A stretch of DNA of 64,000 nt from Oopsacas minuta. Its lineage: Eukaryota; Animalia; Porifera. Shown one piece after another: positions 63,929-64,000 of the stretch. The notes under the pieces are model-generated. The model saw nothing but the letters and a program-made list of their open reading frames with translations. It ran no database searches and had not been told where the DNA came from. The stretch covers positions 1 through 64,000 of the forward strand of contig JAKMXF010000316.1 of assembly GCA_024704765.1 (NCBI GenBank). Direction: 5' to 3'. Every line of letters begins with the position of its first letter. Position 1 is the first letter of the stretch. The position numbers and the translations under genes were made by a program.

Positions 63929-63955
63929 CCTATTTCCCCATATTGCCACACTGTG
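63929..63955 (-). repeat. 5' TIR: CACAGTG + 9-bp spacer + GGGGAAATAGG
   Basis: The reverse complement reads CACAGTG TGGCAATAT GGGGAAATAGG. Confidence 0.92.
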
Positions 63956-64000
63956 CGCTGATACCTTGTTATTTGGAAAGGCTGGTACAGAAATTTTCGT

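Larger units (their letters stand above)
59950..63955 (-). mobile_element. Transib/RAG1-like transposon, copy 2, both ends present; ~700-codon transposase with stops and frameshifts; MITE inserted in the 5' region
   Basis: Ends are CACAGTG at 59950 and CACTGTG ending at 63955. Flanks AGCTA / CGCTG are a possible degenerate 5-bp TSD. Motifs: DGLDGSG (D1), SLFDTKM...SCHRCTAT (D2 plus CxxC), LHAYL, GTSTTGNIAR, PSLHKLLAHS, SEECLESCNKFVRRYRENLARK (E), LLCCSDP. Confidence 0.92.

Noticed and set aside
1-64000. rRNA, tRNA or snRNA genes
   Set aside because: No recognisable conserved sequence or cloverleaf seen by eye; tRNAscan-SE/Infernal would be needed to exclude them.

Overview
AT-rich eukaryotic (animal-like, probably invertebrate) genomic DNA made almost entirely of repeats and transposon remnants. 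Only one intact host gene is recognisable: an intronless METTL5-type methyltransferase (23687-24325, minus strand), with a decayed partial copy about 1 kb upstream. The window opens with a ~174-bp satellite array containing a maT (DD37D) element that has been split and inverted. It continues through nested DNA transposons from several lineages: Tigger/pogo, hAT, mariner DD34D, Tc1 DD37E, a MULE-type foldback, Ginger2-like integrase, P/THAP9-like, several MITEs and a LINE fragment. The most notable feature is a pair of Transib/RAG1-like elements (18370-20639 plus; 59950-63955 minus). The second copy has both ends. Each end begins with the exact RSS heptamer CACAGTG, followed by a shared GGGGAAATAGG motif after a 9-bp spacer at one end and an 18-bp spacer at the other. 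The decayed transposase carries a segment resembling the RAG1 nonamer-binding domain, and there is no room for a RAG2-like gene. All family assignments come from motif recognition by eye; no searches were run, and no rRNA, tRNA or CRISPR features were seen.
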